This document shows, one piece after another, positions 46,768 to 56,425 of a stretch of 64,000 bases of DNA. Position numbers and translations under genes: made by a program. This DNA is from Escherichia phage SelmaRatti: sequence record MZ501103; one strand, 5' to 3'. The notes under the pieces were generated by a model. It did no database searches. It was given only the letters and a program-made list of their open reading frames with translations, and was not told where the DNA came from. Within the stretch, counting starts at the first letter, position 1. Every line of letters starts with the position of its first letter.

Positions 46768-46877
46768 AGAATTCGCGTAGGACCGAGTTGCGTCACCTGC
46801 AACTGTTACGGATAAGGGAGTCGTGCCCCTTAGTGCGGTAAGTGGTGAGTTGGTCGCTGACCTTAACTGGAGATGAT

Positions 46878-47222
46878 ATGACTATAGTATTAATTCTTGT
46901 TACCACTTGGTTTTTAATTGGTGCTGGGTATGCAGTAGATGTACTTAGACATTTGGACGAATATTCTGCTGAATGGTTCATCAAATACCTTCGTATCGAC
47001 AACAAGGAACATGAATTTAAAGATGAAAAGCAGAAAAAGGCAGTAGAGAAAATGACAGCCAAAGAATGTTTATTCTACATGCGTATTATAGGATTCTTTG
47101 GGTTATTAATTGCTGGCCCAATTGGTTCTACTATTGCTCCGTACAAAGAAACAGTTGCTGACATCAAATTATGGAGAAATGCAGGGGTACTACGCAAAGC
47201 TAGAGAAACTAATATTACATAA
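46878..47222 (+). CDS. small membrane protein
   Basis: RBS ggag then ATG 46878; hydrophobic N- and C-terminal helices. Confidence 0.4.
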   Translation: MTIVLILVTTWFLIGAGYAVDVLRHLDEYSAEWFIKYLRIDNKEHEFKDEKQKKAVEKMTAKECLFYMRIIGFFGLLIAGPIGSTIAPYKETVADIKLWRNAGVLRKARETNIT

Positions 47223-47316
47223 GATTGACACTAAGTCAACTTACTAGCAAAAGCAAATAATGACAAAGCCCAGCCTGCACTTTTGCGACTGGGCTATTTT
47301 TGTAATAAAATTTTAG

Positions 47317-47345
47317 TTGCATAGATGCCCAAACTTTTGTATAAT
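47317..47345 (+). promoter_or_regulatory. sigma70-type early promoter
   Basis: TTGCAT-17-TATAAT. Confidence 0.55.
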
Positions 47346-47376
47346 ATACTCATAGATTGAGGCAATAGGATTAAAT

Positions 47377-48075
47377 ATGAGAATCATTTCTAAATTCGCA
47401 GATGTGTATGATTTGCAGAACAGTTTGTTTGATCCCGATCGTGTTTGGGAGCGTAAAACTGAAGAGTTACTAGTTAAGGTAACTGATGATGCAGAAAAGA
47501 ACATTGTGCATACTCGCCAAGTATTTCGTGAGGGTTCACTATCTTTCCGTGGTGACTTCGAATACTTCGTAAACCCACTGTTTATTGCAGGTGAAGTTTA
47601 CTGGCTACACGAGCTGTACTGCTGGCACCCAGCATTTAGTTTCAAAACGTTCAACCTCGACACTATGTTCGATAAAATGGAAGAGATGGGATTGCATGCT
47701 CGCTCCTACTTAATGGATAAGAGTCGTGGAGATGTTCGTGAAACAATGCGTGATTTGCTCGTTGAAGCAAAACCTAAAGCAGAACGTATCTTGTCCGAAC
47801 TGCGTGTACCGATTGCATATGTGAAAGGTATTAAGAAGAACGATAACGATGATGTTCGTAACTTCGTGATTCAGACTAACATTCGTTTCCATCAGTCAGG
47901 TATTCCGTGGCAGGAAATTGAAAGTAACTTATACCGTTTACACCAGATGATCGAGCAATATATCTGGGGCGTGTTAGGAACCGGTGAACCAAATACTATT
48001 ACGATTTCCGATAAGGATCGCTTAGCTGCACATGGATTTGATACGATTACATCATTCAGGAATATGAAAAGATGA
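47377..48075 (+). CDS. hypothetical protein (232 aa)
   Basis: Promoter 47317-47345; RBS. Confidence 0.5.
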   Translation: MRIISKFADVYDLQNSLFDPDRVWERKTEELLVKVTDDAEKNIVHTRQVFREGSLSFRGDFEYFVNPLFIAGEVYWLHELYCWHPAFSFKTFNLDTMFDKMEEMGLHARSYLMDKSRGDVRETMRDLLVEAKPKAERILSELRVPIAYVKGIKKNDNDDVRNFVIQTNIRFHQSGIPWQEIESNLYRLHQMIEQYIWGVLGTGEPNTITISDKDRLAAHGFDTITSFRNMKR

Positions 48076-48515
48076 TAAAAAACTTTATTAGTTCCCTATG
48101 GCAAGGTAAGTGGTATATCCTGGGAGCAGGTCTAGCGATAGGCATCGGGTTCGGTGCTTATCACTTAGTAGATAAAGTGGAGACTCTAGCAGGAGATCTT
48201 GCGGTAGCTACTAAAAAGATTACGTCCCTAGAGACTTCCCTTAATAATATGAAAGCTGAGAGTAAACTTCGTGAAACTCGTATGAATCAGTATTTCACAA
48301 TGAATAATGTTTCCCAAGCAGATCTAGACAAGAAGATTAATCAGCTTGATAAGGCACTTAGTCGTCAAGATATTATAGCTGCAAAGCCTGGATTGGTTAC
48401 ATTAATTGCTAAAAAGCAGAGTAAAGAATTTGAGGAGAGATTAGCATGTCTTTCTGGAAGTGTGGAATACTGCTCGCAGCCGCAATCACAATCACAGGCT
48501 GTGCACAAGAAATAA
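48072..48515 (+). CDS. possible i-spanin-like protein (N-terminal TM + coiled coil)
   Basis: N-terminal TM helix then helical region; 3' end overlaps the lipoprotein ORF out of frame. Confidence 0.35.
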   Translation: MIKNFISSLWQGKWYILGAGLAIGIGFGAYHLVDKVETLAGDLAVATKKITSLETSLNNMKAESKLRETRMNQYFTMNNVSQADLDKKINQLDKALSRQDIIAAKPGLVTLIAKKQSKEFEERLACLSGSVEYCSQPQSQSQAVHKK

Positions 48516-48799
48516 AGCCAGAACCTACACATGAGCTACCAACAGCTCACGTAGATTGGCCTAAAGGACTTCAACCTTGTAGCTTTGACTTTAAGTTTGA
48601 AAAGAAATTAGCTACAAATGGGGAAGATGGCGTAGTAGTAGTCGTACCATATAAAGATTGGAATATGTTGGCAAAATGCCGTGAGGCAGAATATTCATAT
48701 ATTTCACGGCTGACAAGTATGGTTTGCTTCTATCGCCAAGATTTACAAGAAAAACGTTGCTTAGTTTACTATCCACCAATTAACAATAGGAAAGATTAA
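48446..48799 (+). CDS. possible o-spanin-like lipoprotein
   Basis: Lipobox LAAAITITG|C after signal peptide; overlaps upstream gene by 70 nt in another frame. Confidence 0.35.
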   Translation: MSFWKCGILLAAAITITGCAQEIKPEPTHELPTAHVDWPKGLQPCSFDFKFEKKLATNGEDGVVVVVPYKDWNMLAKCREAEYSYISRLTSMVCFYRQDLQEKRCLVYYPPINNRKD

Positions 48800-49551
48800 T
48801 GTCAGTATTAGTCGGTTTACATGGCGAGGCAGGTGCGGGAAAAGATACCGTTGCAAAATTAATTATCGATTGGTGTAATAACACGTATCCAACGTGTTTA
48901 TCCAGTCGTTACAGTTTTGCTAAGCCCGTTTATGAACTTGCATCCGTAATTCTCGGTGTAACTCCAGAGTTTCTAGGAGAGCGCAGGGGAAAAGAGGTTG
49001 ACCAATGGTTTACGGTCACACAATCTCAATTGGAGCGAGCCAGAGATGTGTGGTTTAAGTACGGTATCGATAAGTTTGAAGACTTCTCGTACGTTTGGCC
49101 TATTTTTGAGGAAAAATATCTTAATCCTCAACAACTTATCTCAGAGAATAAAGAAGACGGACTTTATAGTTTATTTATTTCTCCGAGAAAAATGTTACAG
49201 CTCGTAGGAACAGAGCTAGGAAGGCAGCTGGTGCATGAACGCATTTGGCTCATAATTCTGGAGCAATCCATCGCTAAAGACGACCCAGATGTCGCCGTAA
49301 TAACAGATGTGAGATTCCCCAATGAAGGAGAGTTACTAAGAGAAACAAACCATTTAGATATGGATTCTTTGATATTAAATGTAGTACCCGCTGAGCAGAA
49401 GTTCACTATTAAATCAGATCATCCATCTGAAAGTGGTATTCCTGCAAAATATATTACTCACGAATTAGTTAATAAATTCGATGGTATCAATAACCTTAAA
49501 CTAGAAGTTTATAACTTCTGTGACTTAGAGCTAAAACCACTAGTTGGATAA
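48799..49551 (+). CDS. deoxynucleoside monophosphate kinase
   Basis: P-loop GLHGEAGAGKDT at N-terminus; 250 aa. Confidence 0.65.
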   Translation: MSVLVGLHGEAGAGKDTVAKLIIDWCNNTYPTCLSSRYSFAKPVYELASVILGVTPEFLGERRGKEVDQWFTVTQSQLERARDVWFKYGIDKFEDFSYVWPIFEEKYLNPQQLISENKEDGLYSLFISPRKMLQLVGTELGRQLVHERIWLIILEQSIAKDDPDVAVITDVRFPNEGELLRETNHLDMDSLILNVVPAEQKFTIKSDHPSESGIPAKYITHELVNKFDGINNLKLEVYNFCDLELKPLVG

Positions 49552-49563
49552 TCAAGGATCGCT

Positions 49564-50160
49564 ATGACTAATAAAAAAGAAGAAAAGACTAACCTGTTTC
49601 ACTCCATTCGCCAATCTAATGAGTATACCTTTTTCTTTGATGAAGAATTAGGTCCGCCGGATGAATACCGTGATTTATCAATGGTACTTATGCAAGCAAA
49701 TGAGAACGACGAAATTAATCTGATGATTAATGGTCCAGGTGGTTATGTTGATACTGCTGCACAGTTATCTAACTTAATTGCTAATTGCCGTGGAACAGTT
49801 ATAGGGCATCTGGTTGGTCCTAGTGCTTCTGCTTACTGCACAATCTTCCTATCTTGCCACGGTTGGGTAGTACATCCGCATGCTACGCTAATGGGACACA
49901 CGTTCTCTGGGGGGTTCTGCGAGAAAGGTCAAGAAATCAAGAAAGCCTATGAATCTTACAACAAGTTCGTAGAAGATATGATGCTAGATGTCTACTATCC
50001 ATTCTTCTCAATAGATGAAATCGACGAGATGGTAAAAGACAACAAAAATATCTATCTAGATAGCAAGGAAATCCATAAGCGTATTGAAATCTTGGCAAAA
50101 TATCGATCTGAGCAATATAATAAAGCCCAGTTACCTCAATTCGAGGAGCATAAAGAATAG
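49564..50160 (+). CDS. ClpP-like serine protease family protein
   Basis: INGPGGYVDTAAQ...GHLVGPSASAYCTIF resembles the ClpP core. Confidence 0.45.
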   Translation: MTNKKEEKTNLFHSIRQSNEYTFFFDEELGPPDEYRDLSMVLMQANENDEINLMINGPGGYVDTAAQLSNLIANCRGTVIGHLVGPSASAYCTIFLSCHGWVVHPHATLMGHTFSGGFCEKGQEIKKAYESYNKFVEDMMLDVYYPFFSIDEIDEMVKDNKNIYLDSKEIHKRIEILAKYRSEQYNKAQLPQFEEHKE

Positions 50161-50225
50161 TAAGTAGTTTTAAGCCAGGGTTTAACGACCCTGGCTTTTC
50201 TTTTAAGAAAAATAAGGAAAAATAA

Positions 50226-50762
50226 ATGTTAACACAGAAGGAATTAAAAAGAAAGATAGAGTACAACCCAGAAACAGGAGAGTTCTTTAGGAAGCTGAAA
50301 AGTGGTAAAAAGTTAATAAATAATAGACCTAACAAAGATGGGTATATTTTAATAGGAGTTGCAGGGGGTGGAGTGCCACAACAACTAGCCCATCGATTAG
50401 CTTTCCTTTACATGACTGGAAAAATACCAAAAATCGTTGACCATATTAATAGAAATACAGGAGATAATCGTTGGTGTAATCTTAGAGACGCTACTCCACA
50501 ACAAAACAGCAGAAATAGAAAGTCTAATAATAAGTCAGGATACTTAGGTGTATTTTGGAGTAAGGTTGCACAAAAATGGCAAGTACAAGTAACTGGATCA
50601 AACGAAGAGCTAGTATACGGAGGGTTATTCGAATACTTGGAACTGGATAAAGCAGTCGAAAAAGCAAATGAGCTAAGATTACAGTACCATGGTTCTAGGG
50701 CAATGGTAGAGGTTTTCGATAATACACGACCGTTACCGCCTATTAAGGGATTAAATATGTGA
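50226..50762 (+). CDS. HNH homing endonuclease (AP2/HNH_3-like)
   Basis: GYILIGV...HRLAFLYMTGKIPKIVDHINRNTGDNRWCNLRDATPQQN. Confidence 0.7.
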   Translation: MLTQKELKRKIEYNPETGEFFRKLKSGKKLINNRPNKDGYILIGVAGGGVPQQLAHRLAFLYMTGKIPKIVDHINRNTGDNRWCNLRDATPQQNSRNRKSNNKSGYLGVFWSKVAQKWQVQVTGSNEELVYGGLFEYLELDKAVEKANELRLQYHGSRAMVEVFDNTRPLPPIKGLNM

Positions 50763-50838
50763 TCCAACCCCCGGATATAAAGTATACTTGACATTACGCA
50801 AAAAATTTTGTGCTCCAGAAGTGATCTTTAAAAACACA

Positions 50839-50867
50839 TTGTAATTTTCCTCCAAAATTAGTATAAT
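50839..50867 (+). promoter_or_regulatory. sigma70-type promoter of holin/endolysin operon
   Basis: TTGTAA-17-TATAAT. Confidence 0.5.
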
Positions 50868-50891
50868 GGTATTGGTTAGAGGAGGTTACAA

Positions 50892-51548
50892 TTGGAAAAG
50901 TTCTTACAATTATTAACGGTACTGCTCCAAGAAGCGAAAGATCCAGCATCGCTTCTTAAACGTCTGCTAACTATCTTAGTTGCTGTCATTATTTTCTTGT
51001 TTGTAAGTAACACTAGCGAGGTGATGTCATTTTTAAAGACTTTCTCCACGTCTTCGGTTTTACAGGATGTTCAAACCCAAAGGATAGATAACTTTCCTAA
51101 TGTAGCACGAGAAAAGAGCATGGTACTCTTTTCTCAAACGGGTGCGGATGCTGTTTTTGTCGTCAAGTATAAACCCGATGCCATTAATGATTATTCTAAC
51201 ATTATTGCATGGGAAAGCAATGCGCAATTAGATAGGGCTGACTTGGCCGATAAAGCGGTAAATAAAACGTCTGAGCTATATAGACGTCACTTGGAAGGCT
51301 TTAACTACGCATCGGATTTAAGTGTAAAAGTAAATAAATACATGGGGTTAAATATACCTGCGTTTAAGAACGTTACTTTTAATTACATATACACTTGTCC
51401 GTATTTCAATCTAAACAATATCTATGCTGGATATATTGGTATTGCTTGGAAAGATAATCCTGTAGATGCAGCCGATTCTGAACAGTTCAAGGAATATTTA
51501 GCAAAGCTCTGTTCCCCACAACAGAGATCTTTAGGTAGGTCAATATGA
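50892..51548 (+). CDS. putative holin (TTG start)
   Basis: N-terminal TM helix; stop overlaps endolysin start; RBS ggagg 6 nt before TTG. Confidence 0.45.
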   Translation: MEKFLQLLTVLLQEAKDPASLLKRLLTILVAVIIFLFVSNTSEVMSFLKTFSTSSVLQDVQTQRIDNFPNVAREKSMVLFSQTGADAVFVVKYKPDAINDYSNIIAWESNAQLDRADLADKAVNKTSELYRRHLEGFNYASDLSVKVNKYMGLNIPAFKNVTFNYIYTCPYFNLNNIYAGYIGIAWKDNPVDAADSEQFKEYLAKLCSPQQRSLGRSI

Positions 51549-51958
51549 GTTTTAAATTTGGTAAAAATAGCGAAAAACAATTAGCTACTGTTAAGCCAGA
51601 GCTACAAAAAGTAGCTCGTAGGGCTTTAGAATTATCTCCATATGATTTCACGATCGTACAGGGTATTCGTACAGTAGCACAAAGTGCCCAGAATATTGCT
51701 AATGGTACTTCATTTTTAAAAGATCCTAGTAAAAGCAAGCATATTACTGGGGATGCTCTTGATTTTGCTCCATATATTAATGGCAAAATTGATTGGAATG
51801 ACTTAGAAGCATTTTGGGCAGTTAAAAAGGCTTTTGAACAAGCTGGTAAAGAGCTAGGCATTAAACTTCGTTTTGGTGCTGATTGGAATGCTTCGGGAGA
51901 CTATCACGATGAAATAAAACGTGGTACCTATGATGGCGGTCATGTAGAACTAGTTTAA
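51545..51958 (+). CDS. endolysin, L-alanyl-D-glutamate peptidase (M15/VanY-like)
   Basis: SKHITGDALD...DGGHVEL zinc-peptidase pattern; 137 aa. Confidence 0.7.
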   Translation: MSFKFGKNSEKQLATVKPELQKVARRALELSPYDFTIVQGIRTVAQSAQNIANGTSFLKDPSKSKHITGDALDFAPYINGKIDWNDLEAFWAVKKAFEQAGKELGIKLRFGADWNASGDYHDEIKRGTYDGGHVELV

Positions 51959-52035
51959 TTAATAACTTAGGCGGGAATATTCCCGCCTTTTTAGGCAAAG
52001 GGGGCTTTAATAATTTTTGAAGATAGGAGAAAGCC

Positions 52036-52452
52036 ATGTTTGCAGAACTATTCACTATGATGCTGCTAGGTATCTGGAAAATAAGTCTAGTAGTATTCGT
52101 TTTAATGATAGTCTTTACTATCCTTGCATTAACTACCCGAAATAGCTTATTAATAAAGGTTATTCACGGACTAGAGTATATAATTATGGGTTCATTCGGC
52201 GTTTGTAAATGCAATTGCCATAGAGATACGAAATATTGTTGGTTATGGATGGAACTAGAGAATCCTATATCCATAGCTTTGGCTGTTTCATTCGGTATGA
52301 TTCTTATGGCCCTTACTCTAGCATTAATACCTTTGATGTTAGCTGGAGGAGTTACAGCGTATTTCACCCTTTTCTCCCCAATAACTATGTACTCAATTTA
52401 CCCAATAACTATGTATCTAGTTAGGAAAAGATTTATACATGTAGTAGATTAA
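52036..52452 (+). CDS. multi-pass membrane protein
   Basis: Three or more hydrophobic helices. Confidence 0.4.
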   Translation: MFAELFTMMLLGIWKISLVVFVLMIVFTILALTTRNSLLIKVIHGLEYIIMGSFGVCKCNCHRDTKYCWLWMELENPISIALAVSFGMILMALTLALIPLMLAGGVTAYFTLFSPITMYSIYPITMYLVRKRFIHVVD

Positions 52453-52465
52453 GATAAAAAAGTAG

Positions 52466-52494
52466 TTGACTTTTAGCCCTAGTTATTATATAAT
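52466..52494 (+). promoter_or_regulatory. sigma70-type early promoter
   Basis: TTGACT-17-TATAAT. Confidence 0.55.
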
Positions 52495-52527
52495 ATATAC
52501 ATAAATTAGTTAAGAGAGGTATATATT

Positions 52528-52956
52528 ATGTCTGATCGTTTCTACACTCAAATGGCTGAACATTTTCGTATACCACATTACGAGCTAAACATTGCACTCC
52601 GTGATCATGACTCTCCTGAGTACAAAAAGCTCGAAAAGAAAGCGGAAAAATCTATTGATACAAAGGTAGGTGCATCTATGTCTAAGGGCAAAAAGTTAAC
52701 TCGTCTTGATCTTAATAAAATTTTAACTGAACTTTTGGGTACTGATATTGAAGGTGCTAAATTACCGCTTCTTGTACTAGAGACTATGATTAAAAAGGTC
52801 AAAAATAAAGAGTATAAAAAGGTAGAAGTCCCAGAAGGAAGATTGAAGGCTCCTTATCAGGAAGCATTAACCGAGTGTTTGGGTGTAAATCTTGATCTGA
52901 GCACCGCAACCGTAAAAACTATGAAAAACTTCTTAGAGGCCATTAATAAATTGTGA
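52528..52956 (+). CDS. hypothetical protein (142 aa)
   Basis: Promoter 52466-52494, RBS agagagg. Confidence 0.45.
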   Translation: MSDRFYTQMAEHFRIPHYELNIALRDHDSPEYKKLEKKAEKSIDTKVGASMSKGKKLTRLDLNKILTELLGTDIEGAKLPLLVLETMIKKVKNKEYKKVEVPEGRLKAPYQEALTECLGVNLDLSTATVKTMKNFLEAINKL

Positions 52957-53459
52957 TTACTATGGAAAGATTATTAGAGGTACTAGAATATCATGAAGAT
53001 GGTACTCTAACCTGGAAACCTAGACCGGAAGGTACAAGAGGTTGGAATACTAGCCTTAACAATATGCCTGCTGGGTCTATTAATGCTGATGGCTATCTAA
53101 TGCTCTCTATTGATGGAGAACGAATACTTGCGCATAGAGCAATCTTCTTTATGCACAAAGGCTATTTACCTGATATAGTAGATCATGATGATACCAATAC
53201 GCTAAACAATCGTATTGGTAACTTAATAGAAGCTACAAAAGCTCAAAATGCTTTTAATAGGAAATCGGCTAATAAAAATAACCTATTGGGATTAAAAAAC
53301 ATATCTCAAAGAGGGAAGTCTTTTAGAGTAAAAATCTCTAGGGCAGGAATCAATTATATGAAAACGTGCAGTTCTTTGGAAGAAGCAATTGCATGGAGAG
53401 ATAAAAAACTAGAAGAACTCCACGGTGAGTTTGCCAGCAAAGGAAATAAAAATGTCTAA
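52953..53459 (+). CDS. HNH homing endonuclease (AP2/HNH_3-like)
   Basis: GYLMLSI...HRAIFFMHKGYLPDIVDHDDTNTLNNRIGNL. Confidence 0.7.
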   Translation: MITMERLLEVLEYHEDGTLTWKPRPEGTRGWNTSLNNMPAGSINADGYLMLSIDGERILAHRAIFFMHKGYLPDIVDHDDTNTLNNRIGNLIEATKAQNAFNRKSANKNNLLGLKNISQRGKSFRVKISRAGINYMKTCSSLEEAIAWRDKKLEELHGEFASKGNKNV

Positions 53460-53742
53460 ATTAGTCTATCTATTAAAAGGTTCCACTTGTAACCCATGTA
53501 AACTTTTCGAACCAGTATTTGATAAAGTAGTCAGCGACTATAATTTGGAAATCCATAAAGAGACTGATAATACAGAATTAATGCAGAAATTTGGTGTGCG
53601 CCAAGTTCCTGTAGTAGTTCTGGCAGATCGCTTACCTAATGGTCGAGTAGAAGCTAACCATATTTTGATTGGACGTCAGCTTCGTAAAGAAACTATGCAC
53701 GAAGCTATTAAAAATTTCCTGGATGATAACCCAGAGGATTAA
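53452..53742 (+). CDS. thioredoxin/glutaredoxin-like protein
   Basis: CNPC redox motif near N-terminus; ATG 53452 with RBS aaggaaa. Confidence 0.5.
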   Translation: MSKLVYLLKGSTCNPCKLFEPVFDKVVSDYNLEIHKETDNTELMQKFGVRQVPVVVLADRLPNGRVEANHILIGRQLRKETMHEAIKNFLDDNPED

Positions 53743-53747
53743 TAAAC

Positions 53748-53780
53748 AAAGCCTGATCAGCTAAGATCAGGCTTTTATTT
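53748..53780 (+). terminator. rho-independent terminator
   Basis: agcctgatc...gatcaggct then tttatttt. Confidence 0.6.
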
Positions 53781-53783
53781 TAC

Positions 53784-53812
53784 TTGCTTTTTACTAAAAA
53801 TTTTGGTATAAT
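53784..53812 (+). promoter_or_regulatory. sigma70-type early promoter
   Basis: TTGCTT-17-TATAAT. Confidence 0.55.
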
Positions 53813-53839
53813 ACTTATATAAATTGATAGGAGGATTAA

Positions 53840-54085
53840 ATGTTAGCAGAGCAAGCAAAACGTTTAGCTAGGATAAATAGAGTTGCACTCTTTAAGAGCC
53901 GAAAGAAAACGTATAGATGGGTTGAGCGGAGGATAGTATCTTCTGTAGAGGCTGGGGGTTCTTTTATACAATTTAATCGTGATGAAATTAGTTATGAAGC
54001 TATAAAAGCCCTCTATAAAGATGGTTATACTCTCCAATTATCTAATGAGTATGGCACAACTATTTTAACTGTTATTTGGGAATAA
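53840..54085 (+). CDS. hypothetical protein (81 aa)
   Basis: Promoter 53784-53812, RBS taggagg. Confidence 0.4.
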   Translation: MLAEQAKRLARINRVALFKSRKKTYRWVERRIVSSVEAGGSFIQFNRDEISYEAIKALYKDGYTLQLSNEYGTTILTVIWE

Positions 54086-54951
54086 TTATGAAAAAAGAAT
54101 TTAATGTGCATAAAACACTAGTAGTACCTGATGATGTTAATTTATTCTTTGTTGGTGATATTCATGGATGCAACGATTTACTAGAAGATGCACTACAATT
54201 AGCTGGCTATAACGGCAAGAAAGACTGCGTTGTATGCGTGGGGGATTTAATTGATCGAGGCACGCAGAACCTACAAGTTTTAGCCAAATTCCTGTATAAT
54301 CCACGCTTTATCAGTGTCCGTGGAAACCACGACCAGTTTATGATTGTGGGAGATTGGGCTAACTGGATGTATAATGGTGGTATGTGGGCTATGAATGAAC
54401 TAGATGCAGATACCATTAAAAATATTGCCGAAGATATGGCTGAAAAACTTCCAGTATTTCTGACTGTGCTGCATCGTGGCAAGAAATTTGGTGTTGTTCA
54501 TGGTGGTGTACCTTTTACATACAAAGAATGTGGTAACGAAGTAGAAACCCAAGTATGGGATAATCTTATTGCGCAAGTAGAAGCAGCTAAGGAAGACCCA
54601 CATGACCATCCGGGATACCATGTTGAACCATATTTATGGGATCGAGATGTAATCCAAGAAATAGGCTTCTACTTGTCCAAAAATGGTGAGGAACACCCAT
54701 ATTTCCAGCGTTATGCAGGATTTAAAGAAAAATACATGGTAGAAGTGCCAGAAGTTAAGGGGGTAGATTTTGTGTTCCACGGACACACTGGGGTTCCTTA
54801 CCCACTTCTTTATAAAAACCGTGTTTATCTTGATACTGGCGGTGTTTTCAACGGGCAGTTGACGGTTGCGCAAGTTAATGATGAAACTGGCAAAATCACA
54901 ACATTTACCACGCTTCGCGAAGATAGCTGTGGCATACAGAGGATTCTTTAA
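54076..54951 (+). CDS. Ser/Thr protein phosphatase (calcineurin-like metallophosphoesterase)
   Basis: GDIHG, GDLIDRG, GNHD motifs. Confidence 0.75.
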   Translation: MGIIMKKEFNVHKTLVVPDDVNLFFVGDIHGCNDLLEDALQLAGYNGKKDCVVCVGDLIDRGTQNLQVLAKFLYNPRFISVRGNHDQFMIVGDWANWMYNGGMWAMNELDADTIKNIAEDMAEKLPVFLTVLHRGKKFGVVHGGVPFTYKECGNEVETQVWDNLIAQVEAAKEDPHDHPGYHVEPYLWDRDVIQEIGFYLSKNGEEHPYFQRYAGFKEKYMVEVPEVKGVDFVFHGHTGVPYPLLYKNRVYLDTGGVFNGQLTVAQVNDETGKITTFTTLREDSCGIQRIL

Positions 54952-55472
54952 TGAAAGTCTGCTTTTGGAGCGATCTACACTTAGGACATGAAAATATTAC
55001 TAAATTCAGACCAATCTTCTCTACTATGGAAGAGCATGATGAATTTATTATGGATACTATTACATCCATGAAAGATAAGCGTACAGTATTTTATATTTTA
55101 GGGGATGCATTTGTATCTAGAAATGGTTTGGAGAAATTCGAAAAACTCTTTAGTAATGTTAGAACTACATTAGTTTTGGGGAACCACGACTTAGAACGAG
55201 AAGGGTTATCTTTCAAAGACTTAGTGGGAGTTGTAGATAACGTACAATCCCTAGTTAAGTATAAAAACTTTTGGCTTTCCCATGCTCCAGTACATCCAGA
55301 AGAGTTAAGGGGCAAGAAGAACTTACATGGGCATACTCACTTTGAGTTAATGGGGGACCACCGTTATATTAACGTTTGTGTAGAGTATGCAAAATCACCA
55401 GTACGCCTGGAAGACATCATGAATGGTAAGTACACTTCTCATGATAAAACTAGCTGGATGTTAAATGTCTAA
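54951..55472 (+). CDS. metallophosphoesterase family protein
   Basis: SDLHLGH...GDAFVSRNG...GNHD...GHTH motifs. Confidence 0.6.
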   Translation: MKVCFWSDLHLGHENITKFRPIFSTMEEHDEFIMDTITSMKDKRTVFYILGDAFVSRNGLEKFEKLFSNVRTTLVLGNHDLEREGLSFKDLVGVVDNVQSLVKYKNFWLSHAPVHPEELRGKKNLHGHTHFELMGDHRYINVCVEYAKSPVRLEDIMNGKYTSHDKTSWMLNV

Positions 55473-55580
55473 GTATATAGCTGAGGTTATTATTAAACGA
55501 ATTATACAGGCGATAGCAATACTTATAATCATTTGTATTGCTATTGGCACAGGATTAGGCATTTTAATTGAAAGTTTTAT

Positions 55581-55609
55581 TTGCTAAAATGCCTAAGTTT
55601 CTGTATAAT
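55581..55609 (+). promoter_or_regulatory. sigma70-type early promoter
   Basis: TTGCTA-17-TATAAT. Confidence 0.55.
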
Positions 55610-55639
55610 TACTTTATAAATTGATGAGAAGGAATCAAA

Positions 55640-56071
55640 ATGAACAAAGTTGATAAAGCTCTAGTTTTCGCAGCAGCAGATAAGTTTGAACAAGTTAAGG
55701 CAACTTTCCGAACCTTGTTCCAGTCTTACGTTCAGGATAAGTCTAATCCTATCTCTGAACGTTTGATGGTCTGGGAATGTCATGCATGCAATGCCTTATT
55801 AATTGCTGATTATCGTAGCGATATAGATAAAGATCTGTGCGAAATTCTTATCGCTGAGGAGGCAGAACGTTATCAGTTAATCTCTTTCCAAGATTTGGCA
55901 GAGCATATCATTCCCGATGATCTTTGGGATAAATACTATGGTGATCCTGAAGATGAAGGAATGACTCCAGAAGCATGCATTGAGCTGATCTGCAAAGATC
56001 ATCCTGAAATTGCAGAGAAATTTGAAAAAGTTTTTGCTTCTGAGTTCTCCGGCGTTGTTAACGATTGGTAA
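55640..56071 (+). CDS. hypothetical acidic protein (143 aa)
   Basis: Promoter 55581-55609. Confidence 0.45.
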   Translation: MNKVDKALVFAAADKFEQVKATFRTLFQSYVQDKSNPISERLMVWECHACNALLIADYRSDIDKDLCEILIAEEAERYQLISFQDLAEHIIPDDLWDKYYGDPEDEGMTPEACIELICKDHPEIAEKFEKVFASEFSGVVNDW

Positions 56072-56089
56072 GTAATTAAAAAATTCAGT

Positions 56090-56118
56090 TGCTTTAAGCC
56101 TTAAAATTCTGTATAATA
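56090..56118 (+). promoter_or_regulatory. sigma70-type early promoter
   Basis: TTGCTT-17-TATAAT. Confidence 0.55.
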
Positions 56119-56131
56119 AGTTCATAAATTA

Positions 56132-56425
56132 ATGAGAGAGGAAATTCTAATGGAAAACATGACTAAAGACTTCGACGCCTCTAACCTTACCAAGACTGAA
56201 ATGGCCAATGTATTAGCAATTCTTCTCGACATGCAAGGATTTGAGGGGCAACTGATGAAAATGTCCATCCCAGCAATGAAAAAGATGTATGATTCTCTTA
56301 ATAAGAACGCTATGGCCTTTAACTTAGCGAAACAAGAGGCACGATTTGCTAAAGAGCATCAAGCAGTGGCAGAACGCCGAGCAGCTAGCTTTGAGCGTGA
56401 AGTCAAGCAATTAAAGAAAAAATGA
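56132..56425 (+). CDS. hypothetical protein (97 aa)
   Basis: Promoter 56090-56118. Confidence 0.45.
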   Translation: MREEILMENMTKDFDASNLTKTEMANVLAILLDMQGFEGQLMKMSIPAMKKMYDSLNKNAMAFNLAKQEARFAKEHQAVAERRAASFEREVKQLKKK

